NCBI GenBank assembly: GCA_049698215.1
Contig: JBAVXH010000428.1
Coordinates: 613 to 64,612, forward strand
Length of the DNA stretch: 64,000 bases
Direction of reading: 5' to 3'
Origin: Xanthobacteraceae bacterium
GTDB lineage: Bacteria > Pseudomonadota > Alphaproteobacteria > Rhizobiales > Xanthobacteraceae
In this document: positions 25,520-33,708 of the stretch, piece by piece
Layout: each line of letters starts with the position of its first letter
Numbering within the stretch: the first letter of the stretch is position 1
Position numbers and translations under genes: made by a program
Notes under the pieces: model-generated
Seen by the model: only the letters and a program-made list of their open reading frames with translations
Databases searched by the model: none
Told to the model about the DNA's origin: nothing

Positions 25520-27340
25520 TCACCGATTCACTCGGTTTAGTTCCGCGAGGACCAATGCCTCGGTTGCCTGATCCTTCGTCGCCAAGGTGCTGCTCGCCCC
25601 CTGGTCGTTTGGACCACTCGCAACGCAGCGCGCCATCGCGGTCGTGGTCGAATAGGTCCACGGAGCGGTTGGCTCCAAATCAATGCCGAGCCAAGCGTTC
25701 AGACTCTGGACGAGCAGCACAGCGCGCATCGAATCCAGACCGAGATCGGCCAACGCAATATCCGGGGAGTTCGTCGGCGGAGGCGTCTCCAGATTGTCGG
25801 CCAGCCAATCGAGAATCCAACGCTTCGCCGCCTCCTCGCTTACGTGCTTGCGCGTCCGGTTGAGCGTGCGATCCGCTGCTTGCTGACGCAGGACGCGCTT
25901 CAGGATCTTGCCCGTCGGACTCTTCGGTATCTCCTGCACGAAGCGAACGATGGCCGGCACCTTCACTTCCGCCATCCGCTGCCGGCAGTAGCGGCGAATC
26001 TCGTGTTCGGACGCCACGGCAGTTGGCCGCAGCACGATATCGGCGCGGACCTGCTCGCCAAGAAGCGGTTCGCGGATCCCGTAGACGGCAGCCTCGGCCA
26101 CCGCCGGATGAGAGTGAAGAACGTTCTCCACTTCGGCCGGATAGACGTTGACCCCGCCCAAGATGACCATATCCGAGAGGCGATCTTCGACATAGAAATA
26201 ACTATCGGCATCGCGCCTGCCGATATCGCCGGTGTGAAACCAGCCGCCGCGCATGACCAGTTCAGTTTCCTCGGGCCGGCCCCAATAGCCGAGCATCACA
26301 TTGTGCCCGCGCACGACGATCTCGCCCTTCTCCCCCTCGGCGCATTCCGCGCCGCTCGCGGGATCGAGGATTTTCATTTCCACGCCGTCGATGGGCACGC
26401 CGATGGAGCCCGGCCGGTGATCGGACAGGTGATTGTAGGAAGCGAAGGGAGAAGTTTCCGAAAGACCGTAGCCCTGGAAGATCGGCGCTCCGAACATCTC
26501 CTGCCAGGCGCTCTCGATTTCGAGCGGGAGCGGTGCCGCGGCGGAAAACCAGTACCTTACCCCCGCGACTTCCTTCAGCGGACGCCGGGCCAGCAGCACG
26601 ATGAAGTTGGCGGGCACGCCGAAAAACATCGTAACGCCGTGATCGGCGATGGAGCGCAGCACCTGTTCGAGATCGAACCGGCGGTGCAGCACGACCGCCG
26701 CGCCCGATTGCAGCATGGCGTTGAAAATCGCGTTCTGGCCGAAGCAGTGATAGAGCGGCAAAAACAGAATGCCGCGGTCGTCGGGACGAATGCCGAGATA
26801 ACGCTGCTTGGCTTCGATATTCCGGACGACGTTGGAGTGAGAGAGCACCGCGCCCTTTGGGCGGCCGGTGGTGCCGGATGTGTAAACGATCGCGGCGGGA
26901 TCATGCGGCTGCATAGCCCGCGCGCCCGAGAGCGGCTCTGCCGCCATCAAGGTCGCGGCGAACGCCTCATCGCAGACGTAGACATGCTCCACCGACGCTG
27001 CCGAGAGGTTCTCGCGCAACTCCGGCATGGTCACGACCGCGCGCGCCTCACAATTTTTCAGAACATAGTGGAGCTCGTCGTACTTCCATCCGGTGCTGAT
27101 GGAAACCGCAATCGCGCCAAGCTTGAGAATCCCCAAATAGGCGATCGCAAACTCAGGCACATTCGGCAGGTAGAGCGCGATGCGATCGCCCGCAGACAAG
27201 CCGTCCCGGGCGAAGAGGCCTGCCGCTTGCGACGATCGCTCGTTCAGCTCCTTGTAGGTCCAGGTTTGCCTCTCGAACACCAACGCGATGCGCTCCGGAT
27301 GAGCACCCGCGCCGCGTTCGATGTGTTCGGCAATGTTCAT
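25520..27340 (-). CDS. Acyl/aryl-acid adenylating enzyme (4CL/FadD-like ANL family) fused to a C-terminal carrier protein (loading didomain)
   Basis: IVYTSGTTGRPKGAVLSH, GYGLSETSP, WFHTGDIGRRD, GGVNVYPAEVE, PKSPTGKILK, then ACP-like ADLGLDSMRAVLLV. The ATG overlaps the lyase TGA (ATGA at 27337-27340). Confidence 0.85.
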   Translation of the reverse strand: MNIAEHIERGAGAHPERIALVFERQTWTYKELNERSSQAAGLFARDGLSAGDRIALYLPNVPEFAIAYLGILKLGAIAVSISTGWKYDELHYVLKNCEARAVVTMPELRENLSAASVEHVYVCDEAFAATLMAAEPLSGARAMQPHDPAAIVYTSGTTGRPKGAVLSHSNVVRNIEAKQRYLGIRPDDRGILFLPLYHCFGQNAIFNAMLQSGAAVVLHRRFDLEQVLRSIADHGVTMFFGVPANFIVLLARRPLKEVAGVRYWFSAAAPLPLEIESAWQEMFGAPIFQGYGLSETSPFASYNHLSDHRPGSIGVPIDGVEMKILDPASGAECAEGEKGEIVVRGHNVMLGYWGRPEETELVMRGGWFHTGDIGRRDADSYFYVEDRLSDMVILGGVNVYPAEVENVLHSHPAVAEAAVYGIREPLLGEQVRADIVLRPTAVASEHEIRRYCRQRMAEVKVPAIVRFVQEIPKSPTGKILKRVLRQQAADRTLNRTRKHVSEEAAKRWILDWLADNLETPPPTNSPDIALADLGLDSMRAVLLVQSLNAWLGIDLEPTAPWTYSTTTAMARCVASGPNDQGASSTLATKDQATEALVLAELNRVNR

Positions 27341-29037
27341 GCGTAGAACTCCCGCAGATCCGACAGCACGGGGCCGAACGACTGCGCGATTGGACCATCG
27401 CTCTCAAGATCCTCGACGATGGCGGAGATGTACTCGTCCAGCGACTGATCCCCGTCGTCCCAAACGTAGGGGCGCGCTCGCCCCGGTTTCACGCCGGTGA
27501 CCTGCTTAACCGCTTCATATGTCGTTCGTGTTGCATCGGAGAGCGTTTCGCGGGCGTCATAATGGTGGAATTGTGCAAACGTCCGCAGGTCGGCTGCCTG
27601 GACGCCGAAGATCAATCCCGCCGCCAGATAGAGGCGGAAGGTGTCGAGTGACTCGCGCGCGAGAACCGCCGAGCCCAGGCCCTGGCTGTTGACGTTCTGA
27701 TTGAACTGCTCGGCATGGGTCGGGAACCGGTCCGCGATCGAGTTTCCGAAGAATGACAGTCGCGGCGCCAAAGAATTCAGAGTGATCTGTAGCGCCTTAA
27801 GACCAGTGTTGACCGGCTGCTGCACGTTGCCGACCAGCGAGGGCGGGAGCCCATTGCTGAATTCCGGCGCGACCACGAGCGCAATCTGCGCGTCCAAATG
27901 CTTGGCCAGCATGCCGAGATGATAGCGCAGCTGGTCCATGCCGACGCCGATGTATTGCCCCAGAAAGTTGCCGCCGTGATAGGCAATGCCTGCTTCCGCA
28001 TCGATCAGCGGATTATCCGTCGCCGAGTTCCCCTCGACTTCGATCTGGGCCCCGATGGCGATCAGCCCGTCGACGATGGGCCCAAGAAATTGCGGCAAGC
28101 AGCGCAGCGAGTATCGGTCCTGAATAAGTTCACCGGGCGCACGGCCGCGATCGGTCCCGCTCCCGCGGACTAGTTTCGAGCCGTGCAGCAGTTGCAGCAT
28201 CTGTTGAGCGGCCCAGCGCTGGCCTGGATGTGGCTTGAGCCGATGCACGAACGGCGCAAAGGACTCGGTCGAGGCACGCAAGGCCTGTGCCAGGAGGGCG
28301 TGAAGGCACAACGTCCCGGCCAGGAATTTGTGTGTGTCAGAGATACAGTTGGCGGCGACGCCCGTCATCACCGAGGTACCGTTCATCATCGCCAGCGCTT
28401 CTTTCGCCTCCAGAGGAAGCGGCGAAAGGCCGAGGCGCTCGAGCGCGACCAGCGCGTCGATTTCCTCGCCATCGTCGTCGACGCGATAGCCCGGCGCGAG
28501 ACCACAGATCGCACCCGTGACGTAGGCGAGCGGCACTAGATCGCCGCTCGCGCCGATCGAGCCATGCGCCCGCACGCGCGGCGTAACGTTCTCGTTCAAA
28601 AAGAGGATCAGCCGTTCGATCAATTCCAGGCGAACGCCCGAGGCGCCCCAGAGCAGCGCATTGGCGCGCAACAGCATCGCGGCCCGGACGTCCTCGTTGC
28701 TGAGAAAATTCCCCGCGCCGGTCCGATGGGACAGCGGCAAATTGTTTTGCAGCGCGGCCGCCGAAGTGGATGGCACGGCGAGGTTGGCCATGCCGCCGAA
28801 CAGCGTCGTGATCCCGTAGATCGGCTGACCGCGGCGCACCGCGTCCTCAACGAAGGCGCGCGATGCAGCGATTCTGTTCAGAACGATGGGATCGTCGGTG
28901 AGCCTGACGCTGGACCGCTGGCGGGCGACGCGCAGCATGTCATCGAGCGACAAGCCCTGACCGCGCAGGACAACAGCCTCACGTTCGCCGCGAGACGGCC
29001 AGCGAGCAGCTTCTGCGTCCGAGGTGGCCACAGCCAT
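27337..29037 (-). CDS. MIO-dependent aromatic amino acid ammonia-lyase (or aminomutase), TAL/PAL/TAM clade
   Basis: MIO-forming triad in GSIGASGDLVPLAYV (Ala-Ser-Gly encoded at 28543-28551). Also YGITTLFGG, NGTS, PHPGQ, YSLRC, TDNPL, GGNFLGQ. Confidence 0.85.
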   Translation of the reverse strand: MAVATSDAEAARWPSRGEREAVVLRGQGLSLDDMLRVARQRSSVRLTDDPIVLNRIAASRAFVEDAVRRGQPIYGITTLFGGMANLAVPSTSAAALQNNLPLSHRTGAGNFLSNEDVRAAMLLRANALLWGASGVRLELIERLILFLNENVTPRVRAHGSIGASGDLVPLAYVTGAICGLAPGYRVDDDGEEIDALVALERLGLSPLPLEAKEALAMMNGTSVMTGVAANCISDTHKFLAGTLCLHALLAQALRASTESFAPFVHRLKPHPGQRWAAQQMLQLLHGSKLVRGSGTDRGRAPGELIQDRYSLRCLPQFLGPIVDGLIAIGAQIEVEGNSATDNPLIDAEAGIAYHGGNFLGQYIGVGMDQLRYHLGMLAKHLDAQIALVVAPEFSNGLPPSLVGNVQQPVNTGLKALQITLNSLAPRLSFFGNSIADRFPTHAEQFNQNVNSQGLGSAVLARESLDTFRLYLAAGLIFGVQAADLRTFAQFHHYDARETLSDATRTTYEAVKQVTGVKPGRARPYVWDDGDQSLDEYISAIVEDLESDGPIAQSFGPVLSDLREFYA

Positions 29038-29175
29038 TGGATTGCACGTGATGAGTAGAAAATGTCCGATTGCATCCTAGCATCAGTTGAATCCGGATTC
29101 CAAGCCTGCAGCTACGCAATGCTGATCAGACGAGCTGCGGCACGCCATCGCTTCGACATCGGAACTCGATTTTGC

Positions 29176-29694
29176 TCAAGCCGGTTGCCGGCCTGTCAGA
29201 AGGCGCTGAATGAATCGAACCGGCGGAGGGATAAGGAACTCGCGAATGATCTGCGCCAGATCGAAAAAAGCACGCACTTCTAGAATGCGACCATTGTGCA
29301 TGTAGATCAGATCGCACCCCTCAACGTCGATCACCACGCCAAGCGGCGGAATGCCATGAAAATAGCCATCTTGGGTGCCGGTCATCCGGAACCGAAGCGC
29401 CACTCGGTTCCCTTCCGATATTCGATCTAGCTCAACGAAGTGCTTGTTAGAGAAGGCCATCCTGGTCTCCTCCAGAAATGTCCGAAATCCGCTCTGATCG
29501 ACCCCGTGCAAGGTCGACGGTCCTCGGAATACGAAATCCGGCGCCAGGATTTCGTCCGCCCTGCTGAAGTCGCCTCGATTGAGTAGCTCATCGAAATAAC
29601 GATCCACCAATACGCGGTGTGGAATGCTCTGCTGCGTCGGCGGCGCCGGTTGGACCGCAGTTCCTGCGAGGAAATCGTTCGGGGGATTTTCCAT
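29176..29694 (-). CDS. SnoaL-like / ester cyclase (NTF2-fold) protein
   Basis: YFDELLNRGDFSRADEILAPDFVFRG...GVDQSGFRTFLEE...VALRFRMTGTQDGYFHGIPPLG...VEGCDLIYMHNGRILEVRAFFD matches the ester-cyclase/SnoaL pattern (recalled). Confidence 0.6.
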   Translation of the reverse strand: MENPPNDFLAGTAVQPAPPTQQSIPHRVLVDRYFDELLNRGDFSRADEILAPDFVFRGPSTLHGVDQSGFRTFLEETRMAFSNKHFVELDRISEGNRVALRFRMTGTQDGYFHGIPPLGVVIDVEGCDLIYMHNGRILEVRAFFDLAQIIREFLIPPPVRFIQRLLTGRQPA

Positions 29695-29856
29695 CGACGT
29701 CGCTCACGCGTTCGAATGACGCGTTCGCCGCGTCCTTGTGCCTCGACAAGCTAGCTCATCGTGGCCTACAGTAGAACAACGAAAGGTGGTGTCAGCGGAA
29801 ATTAGGGCTGCGACCTACGAGCCCGGACGTAGGAGCGCGAGCTAGCGCGGCGAGAA

Positions 29857-31113
29857 TTGCCGCAAGCTGTACCTGAAGTTGCGATGGCGGTTCCAGCGCT
29901 CAATCATCCTGCGATTAGTCCGCCGCCGGGGCACGCCATTGATTCCGGCAGCAAGTCGGCCGCGGAAAGCTGGCAAACAATCAAAGATCAAATCCGCATT
30001 GTCCGCGCCGAGAATGATCTGCTTTTCGATGAGCAGGACAGGGAACTCGTCGACCTGTTTTCCGGAAACGGAACTGTATGGCTCGGTCACAAGAACCGCA
30101 GGATTAATGCGCGCGTCGCGCATCAACTCGATCAAGTCTGGATCACTGGCGGGCTGGAAACCACAGTCCGCCGCGAGGCCGTCGCTGCGATCGAGCGCTT
30201 CATTCCGGCCTCGCACAAAGTCGCAGCGCTCTATTCGACCGGGATGGAGGCGTCCGAATTTGCCATCCGGATGGCGCGCGTCATCACCGGCAAGCCGGGC
30301 GTCGTCGGATTCGAGAAATCGATGCATGGCAAGTCGCTCGCGACCGCGTTCCTTGGCTGGGATAACCACGATGGCGTCATGCTTCCCCAGTTCCATCGGC
30401 TGCCCTATCTGCCGGCCCTCTCCGAGCCGGACATTCTGGAGCGGCTGGAAACGACACTGCGTCTTCATCCGATTTCGCTGGTGTTCATCGAGCCGCTTCA
30501 GGGCACCGGTGGCGGCTATTCTGCTTCGGATGATTTCTATCGGACCGTGTTCCGGTTGTGCGAGCAGCATGGCGCACTTCTCGCCTTCGACGAGATCCTC
30601 ACGGGGTTCTATCGCACCGGAACGCCGTTCTATTTTTCGAGGCTCGGCTTCACGCCGCATCTGCTGCTTCTCGGGAAGGGGATCGGCAACGGCTTCCCGG
30701 TCTCCAGCGTCGCGGTCGACCGCCGCTATAGCGTGTTGCCGCAAATGCTGCCGGGCAGCACTTATGCGGGAAACCCGCTCGCAGCGGCAGCCGTGGTGGC
30801 GACTCTCGGCGAGCTCGATCAGGCAAGTCCACTCGAGAAGGTTCGCGTCATCGAACGCACCATTACCGAAGCGATCCTGCCGCTCGCTCGACTTGGTTTG
30901 GCGGCCCGCGGCTGCGGAGCCATGTGGATCATCGAGCTGCCGCCCGAGTCAGACGCGCAGAGCATTGCACTGAAACTCTACACCCGCGGCATCTTTGCCA
31001 GTTACGCCGGACGGATTCTGCGCCTGCTTCCGGCACTCACGATCGCGCCCCAACGCTTGTCAGACGCGTGCGGCGTCGTACAGCAGGTGCTCGGAGAAGT
31101 CTATGCGGCCTGA
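29857..31113 (+). CDS. Class III pyridoxal-phosphate-dependent aminotransferase
   Basis: STGMEASEFAIRMAR, FIEPLQGTGGG, AFDEILTGFYRTG, LLGKGIGNGFP (Schiff-base Lys). The start could be 29857 or the ATG at 29884. Confidence 0.75.
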   Translation: MPQAVPEVAMAVPALNHPAISPPPGHAIDSGSKSAAESWQTIKDQIRIVRAENDLLFDEQDRELVDLFSGNGTVWLGHKNRRINARVAHQLDQVWITGGLETTVRREAVAAIERFIPASHKVAALYSTGMEASEFAIRMARVITGKPGVVGFEKSMHGKSLATAFLGWDNHDGVMLPQFHRLPYLPALSEPDILERLETTLRLHPISLVFIEPLQGTGGGYSASDDFYRTVFRLCEQHGALLAFDEILTGFYRTGTPFYFSRLGFTPHLLLLGKGIGNGFPVSSVAVDRRYSVLPQMLPGSTYAGNPLAAAAVVATLGELDQASPLEKVRVIERTITEAILPLARLGLAARGCGAMWIIELPPESDAQSIALKLYTRGIFASYAGRILRLLPALTIAPQRLSDACGVVQQVLGEVYAA

Positions 31114-32275
31114 GCCGGACGGCGCGCCCAAGCTGATGTTCGTGCTCAACGCGGCTTTCGGCGAATTGTTCAACGCCATGTACATGGTGACGGGCTGCGG
31201 CTTCCGCAGCTGCTTTGCGATGCGCGACCCGTTGTATTCACTCAACCGTGACACATTGCCGGGTGCAAGCTACCGCTTCGAGGGCCTCGCCGATCTGCTA
31301 GCACTCGTCGACCAGGAAGAGCCTGACGTCGTCTGCCTGTTCTCGGGCTATCTCTACGCCGGTGACAAGATCATTGGCTTCGATGAACTCGCCAATCTGC
31401 TGACCTATCTCGAAAAGCGCGGTATCAAGGCGGTCACAAGCGATCCATTTCTCGGGCTGGTGTCGCGGCTGCCTCCGCTCGACTTGAACAGTCCAGTCGG
31501 TCAAGTTCTCGGGCTTCCGATCCGTCTGATCGGAGAGTCGATCGTCGGCTCCATGTTCTCGTATTTCATGAGAGCGCGGCTCGTTTTGCAGGATTTGCCT
31601 CACGTTTATGTCGTGGATCCCGACGAGCATGGCGTCACCGCCCTGCCGTTCTACAATCCGAACATCCGCCGCAACGCGGAGCAGATGGACCTGCCGCGCG
31701 GGCCGGCGGCAAGCCTCTGCGCCGAGCCTTACTGGTTGTTCGTTCTCACCTCCGACTACAAAAACCAAATCAAACCAGATGGCGCGGACGCCGTTCACGC
31801 TCGCGTTGCGCGTAAGCTGCAAGAAACAATGAACGAAGGCCGTCGCGCCGTCTTGATGGCGCCAGCGGCGTGCGTCGCAGCCCTTGAGAACGAGGCCACG
31901 CTGAAAGAGTGCTTATTCATCCAGAACTGCGATTACGATCGGTTCATGGCGCTCCTGCTCGGAGCGGAGTATGCATTCTACTGGAACATCTTTTCCGCTT
32001 CGGTCATCGCCCGTGTGCTCAATCGTCTGCCGACTTTCTTCTTTGCCGCCGGCCATATTGCCGACGAGAACCAGATCATGTTCGACAAAGGCATGAGCCG
32101 CTACTATTGCAATGCCCGGCCAACGTACCTGCCTCGCGAAGATCGCCTGACGACAGCCTCGCTGTCCGGTTTGGCGCTCGCGCAGGAAGAACAACTGTTC
32201 AGGCCGTTTTTGGAGAACGTGCAGCATCTGCCGACGCCGGACGTGCTGGTGCGAAACCTTCTGGCCCAACGGTAA
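31103..32275 (+). CDS. Hypothetical protein (no motif recognised; possibly a two-Rossmann GT-B-like fold)
   Basis: In-frame part of ORF 30995..32275, starting at ATG 31103 (MRPEPDGAPKLMFVLN), which overlaps the aminotransferase 3' end by 11 nt. Coding-like composition; function unknown. Confidence 0.45.
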   Translation: MRPEPDGAPKLMFVLNAAFGELFNAMYMVTGCGFRSCFAMRDPLYSLNRDTLPGASYRFEGLADLLALVDQEEPDVVCLFSGYLYAGDKIIGFDELANLLTYLEKRGIKAVTSDPFLGLVSRLPPLDLNSPVGQVLGLPIRLIGESIVGSMFSYFMRARLVLQDLPHVYVVDPDEHGVTALPFYNPNIRRNAEQMDLPRGPAASLCAEPYWLFVLTSDYKNQIKPDGADAVHARVARKLQETMNEGRRAVLMAPAACVAALENEATLKECLFIQNCDYDRFMALLLGAEYAFYWNIFSASVIARVLNRLPTFFFAAGHIADENQIMFDKGMSRYYCNARPTYLPREDRLTTASLSGLALAQEEQLFRPFLENVQHLPTPDVLVRNLLAQR

Positions 32276-32281
32276 CGGTTC

Positions 32282-32941
32282 ATGAGCCCGCTGATCATCT
32301 TCGGCGCGAGCGGCTTCGCCGAAATGGCGCATTATTACTTCGAGCGCGACAGCCAATACACCGTGGCCGCTTTTACGGTCGACGCGGCCTTCTTGAAGGA
32401 AGCGACATTCCAAGGCCTGCCCGTGATCGCCTTCGAGGAGCTCGAGACCAGATTTCCTCCCGAAACAGTGACCTTGTTCATCGCAATGGGAATTCAGAAG
32501 GTGAACCGGCTGCGTGCACAAAAAGTAGCTGACAGCGAAGCACGAGGCTATCGGCTGGCCAGCTATCTGAGCTCGAAAGCGAAGGTCGCCGATGACCTTG
32601 CCCTCCATCCCAACAGTTTCGTCATGGAAGAAGCATACCTGCAGCCCCACGTCACGGTGGGGCGAAATTCGATCATCTGGCCGAGATCGACCATCGGGTT
32701 TCGAAGTCGCATTGGCGATCACTGCTGGATCGTGGGGGCGACCCTCGGTGAGTCCGTGACCGTAGGTGACTACACATTCGTCGGCCTTAGCGCGACGATC
32801 GCGCCATCGCGTACGATCGGCGCCAGCAACGTGATCGGGGCCGGAGCAGTCGTGCTAGAGGACACGCAAGACGACTCGATCTACAGGGCTCAGGCGAGCG
32901 AGCGAGCGCGGGTGCCTAGCCATCGCCTGCGCCGGATTTAG
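32282..32941 (+). CDS. NeuD/PglB-family sugar (or amine) acyltransferase, left-handed beta-helix
   Basis: N-terminal Rossmann-like LIIFGASGFAEMAHYY. C-terminal hexapeptide repeats IGDHCWIVGATLGESVTVGDYTFVGLSATIAPSRTIGASNVIGAGAVV. Confidence 0.7.
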   Translation: MSPLIIFGASGFAEMAHYYFERDSQYTVAAFTVDAAFLKEATFQGLPVIAFEELETRFPPETVTLFIAMGIQKVNRLRAQKVADSEARGYRLASYLSSKAKVADDLALHPNSFVMEEAYLQPHVTVGRNSIIWPRSTIGFRSRIGDHCWIVGATLGESVTVGDYTFVGLSATIAPSRTIGASNVIGAGAVVLEDTQDDSIYRAQASERARVPSHRLRRI

Positions 32942-32955
32942 AGCGGGCGATCTGC

Positions 32956-33678
32956 TCAATTCGGTATCAACAGCAGGCTGCCCAGCGCGCCGCATGCCAA
33001 GCCAAGCGCCGCGCCGGCCAACAGGTCGGTTGCATAGTGGTGTACGAGGAGAATCCGCACCCCTCCAATGAGACACCAGACGGCAAACAAGCCGGGCCCG
33101 AGCTGCGGGAATGCCAACGCGCACGGGAGGAAGACCGCAGCTGCGGTCATGGCGTGCCCGCTCGGGCACGAATATTTGTCGAGCGGGAGAGCCGAGACAG
33201 TCAGGGTCGCGTCGGTCTCGAAAGGTCGCTGTCGTCCCACATATCGTTTTACGAATGGGAAGACCGCGTGCGCGAGAAGCCCCGACAATGTCGCGGCCAG
33301 TATCGGTATGATCGCGCGGCGTCCGGCGGCGGCGACGAGCACAAGCGCCAACAGTGGATAGATCCAGCCGTCGCCCAGTCTGTTGACGAACAGCGCAAGT
33401 CTCAATACGGCCGGTCGCGATCCATGCCGCGCGACTCCACGGACAAGCCGCAATTCAAGCGGATCAATTCGCGCGAACACGCGCTGGAGATAGGCGGGCG
33501 ACCGCCTTCCGGCAGTTGCCTCCAAAGCCTCGGGGGGCGCGTCAATGTCTCGAACCTCAGGAGCCATCGCGTTTTGGTCCGTCGCCGGCGCGACGAATAC
33601 AGGCTCACCGTGAAGCGCCGGTGACATCTCCGAATGATGGTCAATATCAATAGTCGTTCTTGAATCTGCTACGATCAT
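32956..33678 (-). CDS. PAP2-family (type 2 phosphatidic acid phosphatase-like) membrane phosphatase
   Basis: KRYVGRQRP (KxxxxxxRP), CPSGH (PSGH), VRILLVHHYATD (SRxxxxxHxxxD-like). Start uncertain (alternative Met codons lie downstream). Confidence 0.75.
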   Translation of the reverse strand: MIVADSRTTIDIDHHSEMSPALHGEPVFVAPATDQNAMAPEVRDIDAPPEALEATAGRRSPAYLQRVFARIDPLELRLVRGVARHGSRPAVLRLALFVNRLGDGWIYPLLALVLVAAAGRRAIIPILAATLSGLLAHAVFPFVKRYVGRQRPFETDATLTVSALPLDKYSCPSGHAMTAAAVFLPCALAFPQLGPGLFAVWCLIGGVRILLVHHYATDLLAGAALGLACGALGSLLLIPN

Positions 33679-33708
33679 GCTTCCGGCTCAAGGTACCAGC
33701 GTTCCTCG

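Noticed and set aside
21499-27346. Plus-strand ORFs 21499..23115 (538 aa) and 25844..27346 (500 aa), plus many shorter ones
   Set aside because: They are antisense shadows of the PKS and adenylase-ACP genes and have no motifs.
27337-29037. Calling the MIO enzyme housekeeping histidine ammonia-lyase (hutH) on the basis of its Ser-His pair
   Set aside because: There are no hutU, hutI or hutG neighbours. The PHPGQ and GGNFLGQ signatures resemble TAL/PAL/TAM enzymes rather than HutH (GGNFHAEP). The gene is ATGA-coupled to the PKS loading enzyme.
29842-30744. 300-aa minus-strand ORF
   Set aside because: It is antisense to the class III aminotransferase, which has clear PLP-fold motifs.
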